Shown: positions 1-24,793, numbered from the stretch's first letter. The stretch: 64,000 bases of DNA from Tubiluchus corallicola (GCA_030141605.1 JAQGDQ010000202.1:1-64000); one strand, 5' to 3'. The notes: a model not told the origin generated them from the letters alone. Translations and numbers: made by a program.

Positions 1-3000
1 AAATCATAATGTGGTGCACACTCGTGTAGGATTACAAGAAATCTTAGCATTTTTGCTGAAACTAGCAGTTAAAATCATAATGTGGTGCACACTCGTGTAG
101 GATTACAAGAAATCTTAGCATTTTTGCTGAAACTAGCAGTTAAAATCATAATGTGGTGCACACTCGTGTAGGATTACAAGAAATCTTAGCATTTTTGCTG
201 AAACTAGCAGTCAAAATCATAATGTGGTGCACACTCGTGTAGGATTACAAGAAATCTTAGCATTTTTGCTGAAACTAGTAGTCAAAATCATAATGTGGTG
301 CACACTCGTGTAGGATTACAAGAAATCTTAGCATTTTTGCTGAAACTAGTAGTCAAAATCATAATGTGGTGCACACTCGTGTAGGATTACAAGAAATCTT
401 AGCATTTTTGCTGAAAGTAGTAGTCAAAATCATAATGTGGTGCACACTCGTGTAGGATTACAAGAAATCTTAGCATTTTTGCTGAAAGTAGTAGTCAAAA
501 TCATAATGTGGTGCACACTCGTGTAGGATTACAAGAAATCTTAGCATTTTTGCTGAAACTAGTAGTTAAAATCATAATGTGGTACACACTCGTGTAGGAT
601 TACAAGAAATCTTAGCATTTTTGCCGAAACTAGCAGTTAAAATCATAATGTGGTGCACACTCGTGTAGGATTACAAGAAATCTTAGCATTTTTGCTGAAA
701 CTAGCAGTTAAAATCATAATGTGGTGCACACTCGTGTAGGATTACAGGAAATCTTAGCATTTTTGCTGAAACTAGCAGTTAAAATCATAATGTGGTGCAC
801 ACTCGTGTAGGATTACAGGAAATCTTAGCATTTTTGCTGAAACTAGTAGTCAAAATCATAATGTGGTGCACACTCGTGTAGGATTACAAGAAATCTTAGC
901 ATTTTTGCTGAAACTAGCAGTTAAAATCATAATGTGGTGCACACTCGTGTAGGATTACAAGAAATCTTAGCATTTTTGCTGAAACTAGCAGTTAAAATCA
1001 TAATGTGGTGCACACTCGTGTAGGATTACAAGAAATCATAGCATTTTTGCTGAAACTAGCAGTTAAAATCATAATGTGGTGCACACTCGTGTAGGATTAC
1101 AAGAAATCTTAGCATTTTTGCTGAAACTAGCAGTTAAAATCATAATGTGGTGCACACTCGTGTAGGATTACAAGAAATCTTAGCATTTTTGCTGAAACTA
1201 GTAGTAAAATCATAATTGGTGCACACTCGGTAGGATTACAGAAATCTTGCATTTTTGCTGAAACCAGCAGTTAAAATCATAATGTGGTGCACACTCGTGT
1301 AGGATTACAGGAAATCTTAGCATTTTTGCTGAAACTAGCAGTTAAAATCATAATGTGGTGCACACTCGTGTAGGATTACTAGAAATCTTGGCATTTTTGC
1401 TGAAACCAGCAGTTAAAATCATAATGTGGTGCACACTCGTGTAGGATTACAAGAAATCTTAGCATTTTTGCTGAAACTAGCAGTTAAAATCATAATGTGG
1501 TGCACACTCGTGTAGGATTACAAGAAATCTTAGCATTTTTGCTGAAACTAGCAGTTAAAATCATAATGTGGTGCACACTCGTGTAGGATTACAGGAAATC
1601 TTAGCATTTTTGCTGAAACTAGCAGTTAAAATCATAATGTGGTGCACACTCGTGAGGAGTACAGGAAATCTTAGCATTTTTGCTGAAACCAGTAGTCAAA
1701 ATCATAATGTGGTGCACACTCGTGTAGGATTACAAGAAATCTTAGCATTTTTGCTGAAAACAGCAGTCAAAATCATAATGTGGTGCACACTCGTGTAGGA
1801 TTACAAGAAAACTTAGCATTTTTGCTGAAACTAGCAGTTAAAATCATAATGTGGTGCACACTCGTGTAGGATTACAAGAAATCTTAGCATTTTTGCTGAA
1901 ACTAGCAGTTAAAATCATAATGTGGTGCACACTCGTGTAGGATTACAAGAAATCTTAGCATTTTTGCTGAAAGTAGTAGTCAAAATCATAATGTGGTGCA
2001 AACTCGTGTAGGATTACAAGAAATCTTAGCATTTTTGCTGAAACTAGCAGTTAAAATCATAATGTGGTGCACACTCGTGTAGGATTACAAGAAATCTTAG
2101 CATTTTTGCTGAAACTAGTAGTCAAAATCATAATGTGGTGCACACTCGTGTAGGATTACAAGAAATCTTAGCATTTTTGCTGTAACTAGTAGTCAAAATC
2201 ATAATGTGGTGCACACTCGTGTAGGATTACAAGAAATCTTAGCATTTTTGCTGAAACTAGTAGTCAAAATCATAATGTGGTGCACACTCGTGTAGGATTA
2301 CAAGAAATCTTGGCATTTTTGCTGAAAGTAGTAGTCAAAATCATAATGTGGTGCACACTCGTGTAGGATTACAAGAAATCTTAGCATTTTTGCTGAAACT
2401 AGCAGTTAAAATCATAATGTGGTGCACACTCGTGTAGGATTACAAGAAATCTTAGCATTTTTGCTGAAACTAATAGTCAAAATCATAATGTGGTGCACAC
2501 TCGTGTAGGATTACAAGAAATCTTAGCATTTTTGCTGGAACTAGCAGTCAAAATCATAATGTGGTGCACACTCGTGTAGGATTACAAGAAATCTTAGCAT
2601 TTTTGCTGAAACTAGTAGTCAAAATCATAATGTGGTGCACACTCGTGTAGGATTACAAGAAATCTTAGCATTTTTGCTGAAACTAGCAGTCAAAATCATA
2701 ATGTGGTGCACACTCGTGTAGGATTACAAGAAATCTTAGCATTGTTGCTGAAAGTAGTAGTCAAAATCATAATGTGGTGCACACTCGTGTAGGATTACAA
2801 GAAATCTTAGCATTTTTGCTGAAAACAGCAGTCAAAATCATAATGTGGTGCACACTCGTGTAGGATTACAAGAAATCTTAGCATTGTTGCTGAAAGTAGT
2901 AGTCAAAATCATAATGTGGTGCACACTCGTGTAGGATTACAAGAAATCTTAGCATTTTTGCTGAAAGTAGTAGTCAAAATCATAATGTGGTGCACACTCA

Positions 3001-3015
3001 TGTAGGATTACAAGG
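1..3015. repeat. 71-bp tandem satellite, about 42 copies, continuing off the left edge
   Basis: The unit AAATCATAATGTGGTGCACACTCGTGTAGGATTACAAGAAATCTTAGCATTTTTGCTGAAACTAGCAGTTA recurs at 1, 72, 143 and onward with few substitutions (mainly CTAGCAGTT/CTAGTAGTC/GTAGTAGTC variants). There are no spacers. Confidence 0.98.
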
Positions 3016-3262
3016 TCAGTGGTCGCCACACTATTGTACGTCCCCCACCCAGGGTTACCAACCCTGCGAGTTTGGTGACCCCAGCTTGCAAGGTTCACGA
3101 GTTATTAAGCGTTAAATTTGCGGAGAATAAATAATAAATAACCATATGAAAAACAGTAAAATTTTGCTATGACAACATATTAAAAAAACAGTAAGATTTT
3201 GCTAAGACAGGTCTGAATAAATAACTCGATGAAAAACAGTAAGATTGTGCTAAATCTTAATA
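3016..3262. mobile_element. terminal module of a dispersed HINE/Helentron-like non-autonomous element, abutting the satellite
   Basis: TCAGTGGTC...TTGTACGT...TTGGTGACCC.AGCTTG...GAGTTATTAAGCG.TAAA.TTGCGGAGAATAAATAA...AATAACTC.ATGAAAAACAGTAA is shared with about 17963-18115 and 22311-22465. It includes an AATA microsatellite and a terminal TAAGATT/AATCTTA inverted repeat. Family assignment is inference. Confidence 0.55.
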
Positions 3263-3859
3263 AGTCTCTGTAGCCTAAAGAATACTTAATTACAATAGAA
3301 GCATACCAAAGCAATTCATTTGCGCTGCCACATTTGAAATATATTATTACACAATATAATCAGTCAATATCATCATATATCATTATTCAAAAGCCAGAAT
3401 CTTGATGCCCTTCTGTACCGTCATATTGTACACAAATATAGAAACCGATACACATATTCCGGTATATTTTACTATTGGTTAATTATTCGATTTGAAAGAA
3501 AAACGTACTTCTCCAGAGGAAGGCCCTAAGAACGTTAGTTGTCTTGTAGTGTTTAACTTTAGAGCCTGAGAGTTTGTTCAACAAGAGCTTGAGAGTTTGT
3601 ACAGCGTGCAGATAATTTGCTACATCTGTAGCAATTTTCTTCTTGGATTTCAAAAATAAGAGGAAAACAATTTACCGGTTTTTTGTTTTTGACATCCCAA
3701 TTCTCGGTGGAAAGATGGCGAAAGATTTCATAATTACGAGTCATCCAAATTTGGAATAGTCTAATGCTAGGGTTACTGTTGCTTACTTGATTAACCAGGG
3801 CAAACACGAGACATATAGCAGTTTTTAGGATTTTCCACTGCTGTTAAGTCAGTTATTGT

Positions 3860-4155
3860 ATATTAATCATTATAATCATAATCGTCATCTCCGTCAAAGT
3901 CTCATCCACCTGTTGTAGACACTCATAACCATTTACTAGAGCACTCCACCCACTCCTCTCTGCAGGTAATAGCACAAGTTCTTCTACTCCTAAAGACAGA
4001 TTTGGTTGAAGTTGTTCAGTATCGTCATTTATTTTAGCTATCCCAGTTGTTTTTGGTTTGGCAAGTAGTTTCTTTGCAGGTGTTTTAAAGCTTCTTTTAA
4101 GGCGGATTCTTATCGGTGCTTCATTTGGTAATCTGAGAAAATGTCCCAGGTGACA
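3860..4155 (-). mobile_element. 5'-truncated LINE (RTE-like) 3' remnant
   Basis: The translation GHFLRLPNEAPIR...KPKTT...LPAERSGWSALV resembles the GH.LR.P / A.dR..W..LV C-terminus of RTE-type ORFs, followed by an ATG/ATT trinucleotide-like tail. Confidence 0.5.
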
Positions 4156-5450
4156 TTCTATGTAGAAATTTGCAATCATTTTATTGTAAAACGTAGACAA
4201 TGTTCACTTCAGTAATAAAATTGAACAAACAGTCATAAAAGTTAGCAATATGATACTGTAGAAATTTTGTATTCTTTAACATTGCTTTAACAGTAGAAAA
4301 TTTGCATCCTTCAACATTGCTGTCTCTAGATCAACTGAAACTTGCATGCCTGAGAGAATAGAGCTGTAATCACATGACCAGAGGTTCAAGTTCCTATTGG
4401 AAGGTACATCACATTCATGCATACAGACCATAAATGGAAAGGTCACCTATACTTTACAGACTACTAGTTAAACCAAAACCAAAGTCTACTTGGCTTCTTT
4501 GATGGCGAATATAGATTATTTGTTTACAGAAAGCTGTGTTATAATTTTTCTCTATTTAAACTTGAATAAGAGAGTTAGAACCAGAATTAAAGCACGAAAT
4601 TAACAATCCAATTACTCTGATTAATGAATATCTTTAAAAGCAAAAGGAAATAATATTTAGAAACAAAAATCAATCTCTGACAAACTTTGTATAATTAGAG
4701 TAAAACAACGACTGTAGATGGCAGCATAGACTAATTCAGTACTTTAGTGTAGTAGACTGACAATTAAATGGGTCACATAATACTACAATCGCGTACTCGA
4801 TACAGTAAGCGACATTCTATATTAAGTGTCTATATTTACTAGTTATTTGTGTGCTAGAAAACTAATAATTATTACCAGGGGGTGTCAACACTACGATGCC
4901 TGAGCTGACAGTTCTGACCCGCCCATCTGTAATGTGAATTTTTAGCTGTTTAGCTCATTTGAGCTTTAAACAATTAAACAATTGTAGCACATTAAACAAT
5001 TACTTGTGGTGTATTAGAAGCACTATTAACCTAGCTTCTATGAGGTCGTTATTAGCTACATATATTTTCGAAACGCTTGTATTCAGGCAGGCTGCGAATC
5101 TGCTTGTTGTATAATGCCTCGTACCTGTTCGGTATGTGACACTTATATAAAAGCTGTGCTCAATAACTGCCTGTGGTGTGTTATAAAATGCGCAATGTAG
5201 ATGAACATGAAAGTATACACATTTTCCTAAGCGAATAAGAATGTTTTCTAAAATGTGACGCCCTCAAACTTTGGCACCCTATATTATAGTCAAGTTAGCC
5301 TATTGGTTAATATGCCCCTGATGTTCTTGCGTATGCGGCACTGTTACGTCATCCTTTCAACAGTCGCTACGTGTAACAACTATTGCGCGCCTTTGTCTTA
5401 ACTACAATAAAAACTACCATAACGAGAGGTTTGAAGCGAGAATTTTCAAA

Positions 5451-16940
<11,490 letters not shown>

Positions 16941-17089
16941 ATAGTTGTACATATATTGTAAATAGTAGTTTGTAAATAAATATATTTCATCACTGCAAAT
17001 ATATGAAGGCGACTGTCTTTTTTTAAAGTGCTTATTTTTTCATTGAGTTGCTTGAATACATGGAAAGTTCATTTCACTGTTCAGCCCAT

Positions 17090-18115
17090 CACCCACTGGT
17101 CAAAGGTCAATAATCTTGGCAAAACTTATATCATTGAGACCTTTCATTTGATATACAACAAGCTACTCTTGGTAGACCCTGGAAGGCATTTGTCTCCTCG
17201 ACCCTTATTTTGCGCCTAACTGGGTCAAAGGTTAACTATTCACACTATAACCCATATCATTCGATTCGCCTCATCAAGACCTTTCATTTAATATGCTACA
17301 TGGTAGTATTCGTAGACACTCGATGCACTACAGTTCCCGACCCCCATTTTTCGGTTTTTCCCCCCTAACAGGGTCGCGGATTAGCTATTCTCATTTTAAC
17401 CTTTGCCATTCAACTCGTCTCATCGAGGCCTTTCATTTGATATTGCTACAAGGAAATATTCTAAGACACTTGATGCATTTCTGCTCCCAGCCCCATTTTT
17501 CGGTTTTTGCTTCATATGGTAAATTTTTTCCCCTTTCCAAATGACCAATATTCTGCCATATCCAACAACCTGTCCCCGCTAATCACATATCAAATATTGT
17601 GTTAAAAACAATGGAGCAGATGGATTTTAAAGAAAAATAAATGAAGACAAGCCCGCTCCGTGACCTTTGACCCAGCAACTTGGGGCACACATATACATAG
17701 ATAACTTTGCCCAATGGGTGTGCCCTGTGAGTTTTGTGTCCCTAGCCCTCAATATGTAAGAGGTCACCAACTGAGGGGACCCCAAATTTTGCATTTTGGC
17801 CCCTCCCTCGGACGTTTAAAACTTGCCAGCTTTTTAAAATCCCAGGTACACACCTCCCCCACAGTGCCCAAATACTTGTGAAAAAAAATTGGAAAAACCA
17901 AAAGCTCTAGGAAGAGATGCAACCTAAAGGAAAAAGTGACGTCCATGCCCTTCCTTCCTTGATCAGTGGTCAATGGTCACCATACAGTTGTACGTTCTAG
18001 TACGTCCTTGGTGACCCTAGCTTGAAGTACTTAGGAGTTATTAAGCGCTAAAGTTGCGGAGAATAAATAAGAGTAAATAAATATAAATAATAACTCAATG
18101 AAAAACAGTAAGATT
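17090..18115. mobile_element. HINE/Helentron-like element inside the duplication (shortened copy at about 21935-22465)
   Basis: GGTCAAAGGTCA / TGACCTTTGACC core motifs, internal imperfect repeats, and the same terminal module as 3016-3262. Confidence 0.5.
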
Positions 18116-19214
18116 AATTATGATCAAGAATTTTGAACCAACTTAAGCACAAATTGCACATGTTACATTAAAAATGCTCTCTTATTAAATCCAGGAAAAT
18201 CACCAATTTATAAGTAAGACAGCAACAAATGTAAGGAATTCTTATTATATTCTAAAGTTTCTAATGATTCTCTAATCAGTTTCCAATCAGATTAAGTTTC
18301 ACTACTAATAAGTGAAAAAGCAAGTTTAATTGTCAATTAGTATGCAGTGTTACTGTACATGAAATACGGTATCGCTCATGTAGCAAGAATTACTACCTTG
18401 TAAATGTCACAGTTCAAACTAAATATACTCAGTAAAAAGACCCACATGCATTAGGTAGCTATAATATTATAAGAAAATAATTATGAAAAAGTCACAAAGA
18501 GATCAAAACTGATTGTGATTTTGAGCAGGAGTAAATGTTTCAATATGGATTCAGTTTCACAAAATATAAAATCAACAAGATCAAGAATAATTGTAAAAAT
18601 ACATCACATTATTACAGTTGCATGATACATTATCAATAACTACTGAAAAAACAACAAAACTAATGCTTGTTAAGTCATTTTGCAAACTTTTAATGCTCCT
18701 TTTTTACATAATAAGTTGCAACAATTTTTTTAATAACTCAAGATAGCAGGTGCACAACTCTGAGTACTAGAATGCAATTATGCTTCCCCTCATAATTAAA
18801 TGACCTTGGTCCTTTAACATCAACAATGTCTAGTAAAAAACACAAATGAAAAGTGGCATTTACAGTCATTGAAAAACAATAAACTATAGACTAAATGAGA
18901 CCATCTTGAAGGATGTCACATCCAACAAAACCTAGATGAATTCCACCCATCAAATCACTAAATGACAAACAATAATTACGCAGATTTTTTTAAAATCTGT
19001 GATATTTGGATTCCATGATACTTAACGATCGCTAGGATCTAAAGCACTATAGATTTTACATAGAGTAAAACATGCATAACACGTTACAATTTGTGCGACA
19101 TTACACATACTACAAACTTGTGCAAACACACGTGTGCAGGATGGATTATGACCTTTTCGGAGCCCCAGGCTAATGAAGCTCAGAAGAAGCTCATCTAACT
19201 CTCCACATCCATCT

Positions 19215-19870
19215 TGAATATGCTCGCAGACTACAGTGACATATCGAAGGAAGGAGATATGGCAATGTGTGGATCGAATCAGAAAAAACAAGACACCATC
19301 CCTGAACCTAGTGACATGAACAGAATGAATGTGAACGATGATGATGAAAAATATATAAGGATACTACTAAAGATTTAGAAACCATGGCTGACGTTTGCAA
19401 CGAGGAGGAGATGAAAACAGTGACTCCTAGTACTCCCGACAGGATGAAGAAAGAGATGAAAATAGTGACTCCTAGTACTCCCGACAGGATGAAGAAAGAG
19501 AGGAAGTGTTTGCGGATTACGGTGATATATGGAACGAAGGAGATATGACAGCCATGACAATCAAGAGTGGAGCAAGTCAGAAAAAACAAGATACCATCCA
19601 GGGTCCTACTGATATAAGTAGAATGAATGTGAACGATAATGATGAAAAAAAGATAAGGATAATAATAAAGATTTAGAAACCATGGCAGACATTTGCAACG
19701 AGGAGGAGATGAAAACGTGACTCGTGGTACTCCCGACAGCATGAAGAAAGAGAGGAAAGTGTTCGCGGACTACGGTGACCTAAGGAACGAAGGAGATATG
19801 GCAGCCATGGCAATGAGTGGATCGAATCGGAAAAAACAAGAAACATGTGAATTTAAGCACCCGCGATGAC
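19215..19870 (+). pseudogene. frameshifted copy of the ~255-bp acidic repeat coding-like unit
   Basis: About 2.5 tandem units homologous to 23950-24567, with indels that break the frame. Confidence 0.45.
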
Positions 19871-20780
19871 CGTTATAGACACAGCCATTTTGACTATAAG
19901 TAATTTGAAACAAGTTTACATAACACTGAGTAAAGTTTGAAAAAATAATCAATGCATTCATAGCACACGTCACGACCCAAATAAGATTTTAAATTACTAA
20001 ATCTTGTCAATAAGATAAAAATCATATGATGTGAGTAATAAATAAAAATGTGAATGATAACAATGAAAAAATATATAAGGATAATAATAAAGATTTAGAA
20101 ACCATGGCAGACGTTTGCCTACCGGACAGCAATCTTCACTGTGAAATTGAAGCAAATTGGGACAAAATGGGAATTCGTTTGAATTTCTTCAAGTAGTTGG
20201 CGCTGACGTCAATTTCACGCAGGCGCCGTAGTTTCGCCACCCCGCCACGTTTGAAATGTGTTTGCGACAAATTATTTACATATTCTGTGAAACTTTTGCT
20301 ATTCCTTCGAGAGAGAAACATGAGAACTCGACTGCAAACGGTAAGCAAATTTATTTCCGACTTTTTGACGCGCAATGGCCGGCCAGCGCTCTATAAATGC
20401 GAACAGTAAGGGCGTTTCGGTACAGTAGCCTAATAATATTTTTTATCATTAAAGTTTGTCGCCGAGATAAATTATTCTGACTATTAATACGTGCCTGACC
20501 AGATGTGTTTACCTGAAAATCAGGATGTAGTTAATTTGTTTGCATGTTATCTATTCAGGAGGCAGGCAGGAACAGTTAAAGGAGCTCATTGAGTGGCATT
20601 AGCGTCTTTGCACAAAAGACTGTTAGCTAACAAAACGGCTCAGTTAGCACTCGAGCGTCGTTCAGCAGTGTGTTATAATAGTGAACAAGTGAAATAATAG
20701 AGCAAAAACAAGGCAAACATTGAAGTCATGTTGAGCTAGCCTAGTACCAGAGTCGGTTTGGGAGATACATCGTGTGACTT

Positions 20781-20822
20781 TTCCCACGAGTGACTCTTTC
20801 CCACGAGTTTGCTGCATAAAAG
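20781..20822. promoter_or_regulatory. two CSL/Su(H)-consensus sites next to a TATA-like element
   Basis: TTCCCACG (= CGTGGGAA) at 20781 and 20798, as direct repeats with a 17-bp period; CATAAAAG at 20815. Confidence 0.3.
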
Positions 20823-21075
20823 GGCGTGATTTTGAGCAAATTTCATCATTTTTCTCGTGCTAGGAGAATCTCTGCTAGTTTTCGCTGCGATTTTATTTGC
20901 TCATTTATTGCACTCTTGTTTTCATCTTGTTGACACAATCTAGTCTTGTTATACTGTTGATATTTTATACTGTTATTTGTTATTATATACTGATATATTC
21001 TATTGACTGTTGATATTCCAGAAAGTTTATATTCAAGTTGTTTCATTTTTCTCGAGATTTCTATTTTCAGAAAAA

Positions 21076-21294
21076 ATGGACTTCAGGAGCGGTTATGCCC
21101 ACTCCACACAGACAAGAGTGGTGTCCGAAAACGTTCGAGTTTATGGCGACAAGGCGGACTATTGGAACGAGCACGAGATGAGACAGACCAGAATGAATAT
21201 ATATGATAACAATGAAGAAAATGATGAAGTACTAGTTGACGAAGTTCCTGGCGTGAACGATAATGAAGAAAATGTAAATAACAGTTGTAAATAG
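21076..21294 (+). CDS. putative 72-aa acidic orphan protein
   Basis: A TTTTCAG acceptor at 21070 is followed by AAAAAATG. Protein: MDFRSGYAHSTQTRVVSENVRVYGDKADYWNEHEMRQTRMNIYDNNEENDEVLVDEVPGVNDNEENVNNSCK. It resembles the repeat unit of the 24124 ORF. Confidence 0.4.
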   Translation: MDFRSGYAHSTQTRVVSENVRVYGDKADYWNEHEMRQTRMNIYDNNEENDEVLVDEVPGVNDNEENVNNSCK

Positions 21295-23507
21295 TTGTAA
21301 AGTATGTGCTAAGTGCAAGAAACGTCGACTGGGAATCTCTCGTGTGCGACAGTCAGTCGAATTAACTTATCGTTGCATTTGTCAGATATGCTGTTTGCTA
21401 ATGATTAATAAACAAGTTTGAATTGAACTTCTTGTTGTTGCAGGTGATTTGAGTGAAAGCAGCAGCATGAAAGAAGCCTGCACTACTAACATACAGGTAA
21501 GCATGTAGCAAGCGTTTGCTGATATTGTTGAGAGAAAGAAGCAAGGGGAATACGTCAATGCAGTTATAAAAAAAACTATTGGAATCACACACTGAAGCAT
21601 GGTTAGCAAAAACAGCGCAATACCTGACAGCATGCGAGCCATTTGCTTCAGCCACGATAACACCGATAATTTAACTTATCGTTGCATTTGTCAGATATGC
21701 TGTTTCCTAATGATTAATAAACAAGTTTGAAATGAACTTCTTGTTGTTGCAGGTGATGTGATTGAAAGCAGTATGGAAGTAATAGAAATGTAAATAATTG
21801 TAAATAGTTTGTAAATATATTTGTAAATAAATATTCAACATATGAAGGCGACTGTCTTTATTGAAAGCGCTTATTTTTCATTGAGTTGCTTGAATACATG
21901 GAAAGTGCATTTCAATGTTCAGCCCATCACCCACGGGTCAAATATTGTCTTAAAAACTATGGAGCAGATAGCTTCTAAAGAAAAATAAATGAAGACAAGC
22001 CCGCTCCGTAACCTTTGACCCAGCAACTCGGGGCACATGTATACGTAGATAACTTTGCCCAATGGGTGTGCCCTGTGAGTTTTGTGTCCCTAGCCCTCAA
22101 AATGTAAGAGGTCACCAACTGAGGGGACCCCAAATTTTGTATTTTGGCCCCTCCCTCGAGAGTTTAAAACTTGCCAGCTTTTTAAAATCCCAGGTACACA
22201 CCTCCCCCACAGTGCCCAAATACTTGTGAAAAAAAATTGGAAAAACCAAAAGCTCTAAGAAGAGATGCAACCTAAAGGAAAAAGTGACTTCCATGCCCTT
22301 CCTTCTTTGATCAGTGGTCAATGGTCACCATACAGTTGTACGTTCTAGTACGTCCCTGCAAGTTTGGTGACCCTAGCTTGAAATACTTGGGAGTTATTAA
22401 GCGCTAAAGTTGCGGAGAATAAATAAGAGTAAATAAATAAATAATAACTCAATGAAAAACAGTAAAGTTAATTATGATCAAGAATTTTGAACCAACTTAA
22501 GCACAAATTGCACATGTTACATTAAAAATGCTCTCTTATTAAATCCAGCAAAATCACCAATTTATAAGTAAGACAGCAACAAATGTAAGGAATTCTTATT
22601 ATATTCTAAAGTTTCTAATGATTCTCTAATTAGTTTCCAATCAGATTAAGTTTCTCTACTAATAAGTGAAAAAGCAAGTTTAATTGTCAATTAGTATGCA
22701 GTGTTACTGTATACATGAAATACGGTATCGCTCATGTAGCAAGAATTACTACCTTGTAAATGTCACAGTTCAAACTAAATATACTCAGTAAAAAGACCCA
22801 CATGCATTAGGTAGCTATAATATTATAAGAAAATAATTATGAAAAAGTCACAAAGAGATCAAAACTGATTGTGATTTTGAGCAGGAGTAAATGTTTCAAT
22901 ATGGATTCAGTTTCACAAAATATAAAATCAACAAGAATCAAGAATAATTGTAAAAATGCATCACATTATTACAGTTGCATGACACATTATCAATAACTAC
23001 TGAAAAAAACAACAAAACTAATGCTTGTTAAGTCATTGTCCAAACTTTTAATGCTCCTTTTTTACATAATAAGTTGCAACAATTTTTTTTTAATAACTCA
23101 AGGTAGCAGGTGCAGAACTCTGAGTACTAGAATACAATTATACTTCCCCTCACAATTAAATGACCTTGGTCCTTTAACATCAACAATATCTAGTAAAAAA
23201 CACAAATGAATAGTGGCATTTACAGTCATTGAAAAACAATAAACTATAGAATAAATGAGACCATCTTGAAGGATGTCACATCCAACAAAACCTAGATGAA
23301 TTCCACCCATCAAATCACTAAATGACAAACAATAATTACGCAGATTTTTTTAAAATCTGTGATATTTGGATTCCATGATACTTAACGATCGCTAGGATCT
23401 AAAGCACTATAGATTTTACATAGAGTAAAACATGCATAACACGTTACAATTTGTGCGACATTACACATACTACAAACGTGTGCAAACACACGTGTGCGGG
23501 ATGGATT

Positions 23508-23868
23508 CAGGGCCTATTCCAGGGGGGGGAGTGGGGATACTTCCCCAAGGCCTCACCCTCCAGGGGGGCCTCGCGCCAAGGTAACATTTTTTTGCTTTAT
23601 GCGAACATACTGCCTCCTCTCTTCCTCTTGCCGCACGCGCGCCGTTTGCCAGTTGAATAAAGCAGTTTTTCTTTCAATTGTTCTTTCCTTTAACAACTGT
23701 ATAGATCCATATTTTCTCTTCGAAAATGCTTTTCCGGCGTTCTAGCAGTTCATAAAATTTTCTGGGTGCCAACCATGGTAGCACCCGATCCCCGGCGCTT
23801 CGCCCCCCCCCGATGGGGCCTCACACGCCCCACTTCCCCGGGCCTCGCCTAGGCTGAAATAGGCCCTG
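23508..23868. mobile_element. hAT-superfamily MITE (361 bp)
   Basis: TIR CAGGGCCTATT.CAG / CTGAAATAGGCCCTG with a perfect 8-bp TSD GATGGATT (23500-23507 and 23869-23876). The empty site has a single GATGGATT at 19140-19147. Confidence 0.96.
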
Positions 23869-24123
23869 GATGGATTATGACCTTTTCGGAGCCCTAGGCT
23901 AATGAAGCTCAGAAGAAGCCACCATCTAATTCTCTACATCCATCTTGAATATGCTCGCAGACCACAGTGACATATGGAATGAAGGAGATATGGCAGCCAT
24001 GGCAATGTGTGGATCGAATCAGAAAAAACAAAATACCATCCCGGGTCCTAGTGATATTAGTAGAATGAATGTGAATGATAACGATGAAAAAAAGATAAGG
24101 ATAATAGTAAAGATTTAGAAACC

Positions 24124-24567
24124 ATGGCAGATGGTTGCAACGAGGAGGAGATGAAAACAGTGCCTCCTAGTACTCCCGACAGGATGAAGAAAGAGGGGAA
24201 AGTGTTTGCAGACTACGGTGATATATGGAACGAAGGAGATATGGTAGCCATGGCAATCAAGTACGGAACAAATCAGAAAAAACAAGATACCATCCCGGGA
24301 CCTAGTGACATTAACAGAATGAATGTGAACGATGATGATGAAAAAAAAGATAAGGATAATAATAAAGATTTAGAAACCATGGCAGACGTTTGCAACGAGG
24401 AGGAGATGAAAACATTGACTCGTAGTACTCCCCACAGGATGAAGAAAGAGGGGAAAGTGTTCGCAGACTACAGCGACATATGGAACGAAGGAGATATGGC
24501 AGCCATGGCAATGTGTGGATCGAATCAGAAAAAACAAGATACATGTGAATTTAAGCACCCGCGATGA
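24124..24567 (+). CDS. 147-aa ORF made of an 85-aa tandem acidic/charged repeat; coding status uncertain
   Basis: The unit MAD.CNEEEMKT...STP.RMKKEGKVFADY.DIWNEGDM.AMA... occurs about 1.7 times. An upstream unit from 23950 is offset by a 1-nt difference in an A-run. Confidence 0.35.
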   Translation: MADGCNEEEMKTVPPSTPDRMKKEGKVFADYGDIWNEGDMVAMAIKYGTNQKKQDTIPGPSDINRMNVNDDDEKKDKDNNKDLETMADVCNEEEMKTLTRSTPHRMKKEGKVFADYSDIWNEGDMAAMAMCGSNQKKQDTCEFKHPR

Positions 24568-24793
24568 CCGTTATAGACACAGCCATTTTGACTATAAGTA
24601 ATTTGAAACAAGTTTACATAACACTGAGTAAAGTTTGAAAAAATAATCAGAGCATTCATATCACACACGTCATGACCTAAATAAGATTTTAAATTACTAT
24701 GTCTTTTCAATAAGATAAAAATGATATGATGTGAATAATAAATAAAAATGTGAATGATAACAATGAAAAAAAAGATAAGGATAATAATAAAGA

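Noticed and set aside
1-3015. CRISPR array or coding repeat (ORF 1568-1798)
   Set aside because: Units are contiguous with no unique spacers, there are no cas genes and the context is eukaryotic; the ORF is a chance read-through of satellite variants.
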